Below, in pieces: positions 61,145 to 64,000 of a DNA stretch of 64,000 bases. Location of the stretch: positions 14,883,934 to 14,947,933 of the forward strand of contig OZ316899.1 of assembly GCA_973895155.1 (NCBI GenBank), read 5' to 3'. The position numbers and the translations under genes were made by a program. Source of the stretch: Marsupella aquatica. Its lineage: Eukaryota; Plantae; Marchantiophyta. Positions within the stretch are counted from its first letter, which is position 1. The number at the start of each line of letters is the position of its first letter. The notes under the pieces are model-generated. The model worked only from the letters and a program-made list of their open reading frames with translations, was not told the origin of the DNA and searched no databases.

Positions 61145-64000
61145 ATGATTTCAAGAAAGCTTGCGGCGCCAAAGTTTGAGGTGGAAAAGTTTGATGGGAA
61201 GGTCAGCTTTAGCCTCTGGACTCTGAAGGTGACCAACGTGTTGATCCAGCAGGGTCTTGAGAAGACCATCACTGGAGTGAAGCCCTCGACTCTTACAGAT
61301 GAGGAGTGGGAAGACATGTCGGTGTAGGCGTGTAGCACAATTGAGTTGTTCTTGGCAAACAACATTCTCAAGAACGTGTTGGGGATGGATCGTAACGCCA
61401 AGAAAATTTGGGATACGCTTACTCAGCTATACCAAAGTACTTCATTGAGTACTCGCATTTACTAGTTGGAGCGGCTATTCAGGTTGAAGTTGGAGGATGG
61501 TGGAAACATGTGTGATCATCTTAGTCTCTTTGATGAGATTGTGCACGAGGTGACCACGGCAGGAGATAAGTTGACTGATGTGTACCTTGCAATGCATTTG
61601 TTGATGTTGCTTCCGAAGAGCTTTTTGACGTTGGTAATGGTCATCGCGCATGACAAGACTACATTGAAGCTGGATGCGATGAAGGCTACTATTCTTGCAA
61701 AATGGAGCAAGCGACATCTATCTTCCCGTGATGATGACTCTGCTGCCTTAATGGTTAGAGGTAGATTCACTAAGCGTACTACGGATCAATCTAGATCTAG
61801 ATCTCATAACAGATCTAAATCTAAGTCCCATAGTAAGAAGGTTCAGTGTTGGCATTGCCATGAGAAGGACCACACCAAGTGGTCTTGCCCTTCTTTAACC
61901 AAGCAAAAGCGTCCTGCTTTTGATGGTGCATCTTCATCTTCAGCTGGCATTGTCATTGTTGATCATGAGGATGGTGCTAAAGTGCTCTGTACTGGTGCTA
62001 TTAATTCTGTGTATGACAATAAATGGATGTTGGATTTGGGTTCCTTTTATCACGTGTGTCCAACGCAATCTTATTTCTCTACTTACCAACCGTGTACTGG
62101 TAGCGTGGAAATCGGCAACGGGGTTTGATGTGAGATTGTTGGCATGGGGACTATCAAATTCCGGATGTTTGATGGTGTTGTGCGAGCATTGACGGAAGTC
62201 AGGCACATACCAGACATCTCTAAGAACTTGATTTCTCTTGGTGCTTTGGGAGCTGGTGGATATCATTTCACTGCACGTGATGGAGCACTCTTTGTTGTCA
62301 AAGGTGAGGTATCTTTGATTAAGGCGCTCCGACAAAATAATTTGTACATCTTGCAAGGAGATGTCATTGCTCCTAAAATGGAGCATGTGGACTCTGTGGT
62401 GGAACGTTTGGATGCAATGGCATCGTTGGTTGCTTCAATTGAAGCACCATCAACATCTGGTCGCACACAGGCCATAGGTTTATGACATGCACGTTTGGGG
62501 CACTTGAGTGGTAAAGGATTGGCAGCCTTGGCAAATAGAGATTTGCTGCAAGGCGCACAATCTGGAAAACTTTCTTTCTGTGAAGATTGCATCTATGGCA
62601 AGCAGAGGAGAGTGAGTTTCAGTTCTAGTTCCTACCATTCTCATGAGATTCTTGAGTATGTCCATTCGGATGTTTGGGGTCCAACGCCGGAGCCGTCGTT
62701 AGGTGGAGCTAGATATTTTGTGACATTTGTAGATGATTATTCTTGAATGTGTTGGCTGTACTGCCGGAGCCGTCGTTAGGTGGAGCTAGATATTTTGTGA
62801 CGTTTGTAGATGATTATTCTTGAATGTGTTGGCTGTACTACATGAAGGAGAAGTCTCAAGTATTTGAGATCTTCAAGGAGTGGAAAGCCATGGTGGAGCT
62901 ACAAACTGGGAAGTGTGTTTGGTTAGATAACGGTGGCAAGCATAAGTCCAATGAGTTTGACCAATTTGGTCGGGACCTTGGCCTCAAACATCATTACACT
63001 GTACCGGAGACTCCGCAGCAGAATGGAGTGGCAGAATAGTTGAATCGGACATTACTGGAGAAAACACGCAGCATGCTATGTAGGTCCAAGTTGCCCAATA
63101 ATTTTGGGGCTGAAGCTGTCCACCAAGCTGCATACATTTACAACTTGTCATCACACAGTAGTAAGTTGATGCAGACTCCATTTGAGTTGTGGTATAAGAG
63201 ACCTGTTGATTACTCTAGACTCCGAGTTTTTGGGTGTGCTGCCTATGTTCACATTGAGCAGACACACAGGTCTAAGTTGGATCCCAAGTCTAAGAAATGT
63301 ATTTCTCTAGGCTTTAGTCCAGGGCAGAAGGGCTACAAATTGTGGGATCCTATCGATTGCAAGGCAGTTGTGAGCAAAAATGTTGTTTTTGACAAAGAAT
63401 TGTTGTCAAGAACCCGGGATGATCAGGAGGAGCAGGTGGAGGAACCCACTACGATGGAGCTTGATGGTGTTGAGGAAGCTGTTGGTTCCTTTGGTAGAGG
63501 TGCAGTTCCTCAATTAAGGCGATCCAATCTTGGCCAACCCTTGATAGATTTGGTTTTGCAGATCCTCGTGTTCATGTTGTTGAGCACAACGATGATCCCA
63601 GTGTTATATTGCTCACTGAAGATGGAGACCCCTCTAGCTATGAAGAAGCTATGGCCTCTCCAGAGAAGGATAAGTGGATGGAGGCGATGTTGAAGGAGAT
63701 AATTTTTTTGAAGAAGAATTCAACTTGGCGCTTAGTGGACATGCCTCGCGGGAAGACACTGGTTCTGTGTAGATGGTTGTACAAGAAGAAGCAGGATGGC
63801 ACTTACAAGGCACGCCTTGTGGCCAAAGGGTACACCCAGAAGGAGGGCTTGGACTACACGGAGATTTTCTCACCAATTGTCAAACTCGCTACTATTCGTG
63901 TTTTACTTGCAATTGTGGCATTCTATGATCTTGAGTTAGATCAAATGGATGTAATATGGATTGCTTGATGTGGAGATTTATATGGCTCAGCCTCTTGGTT
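61145..64000 (+). pseudogene. copia gag-pol with stops and frameshifts
   Basis: KFEVEKFDGK, CWHCHEKDHTKWSC, WMLDLGSFYH, VHSDVWGP, PQQNGVAE, RSKLDPKS, YKARLVAKGYTQKEGLDY. Confidence 0.92.
62686..62839. repeat. 77-bp tandem duplication within integrase (1 mismatch)
   Basis: GCCGGAGCCG...GGCTGTACT x2. Confidence 0.9.

Larger units (their letters stand above)
59798..64000 (+). mobile_element. Ty1/copia LTR retrotransposon (Tnt1/Tork-like), degenerate, runs past window end
   Basis: LTR, tRNA-iMet PBS, gag-PR-INT-RT fragments. Confidence 0.92.

Overview
Eukaryotic land-plant DNA, most likely a bryophyte or liverwort (inferred from the repeat families, not verified). The 64 kb is a nested transposon cluster around one host gene, a six-coding-exon SCL-type SR splicing factor at 23019-26266 (+). 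Elements with supportable boundaries: two Bianca-type Ty1/copia elements (one complete, with identical 147-bp LTRs and ATTAC TSD), two degenerate classical copia remnants, a degenerate non-chromoviral Ty3/gypsy element, a full-length L1-clade LINE with a 17-bp TSD, a TA-flanked TIR element and a MULE-like MITE. The standout observation is a set of very long (3.7-5 kb) TG...CA units bounded by 5-bp TSDs. They lack gag/pol but each carries a large ORF (a shared globular domain plus coiled coil), and two have a positionally conserved TATA box upstream of it. A homologous ORF sits directly after the polypurine tract of the gypsy element. These units therefore look like protein-coding solo LTRs: gypsy families that encode an accessory protein inside the LTR itself. 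All comparisons were made by eye; no alignments or database searches were run.
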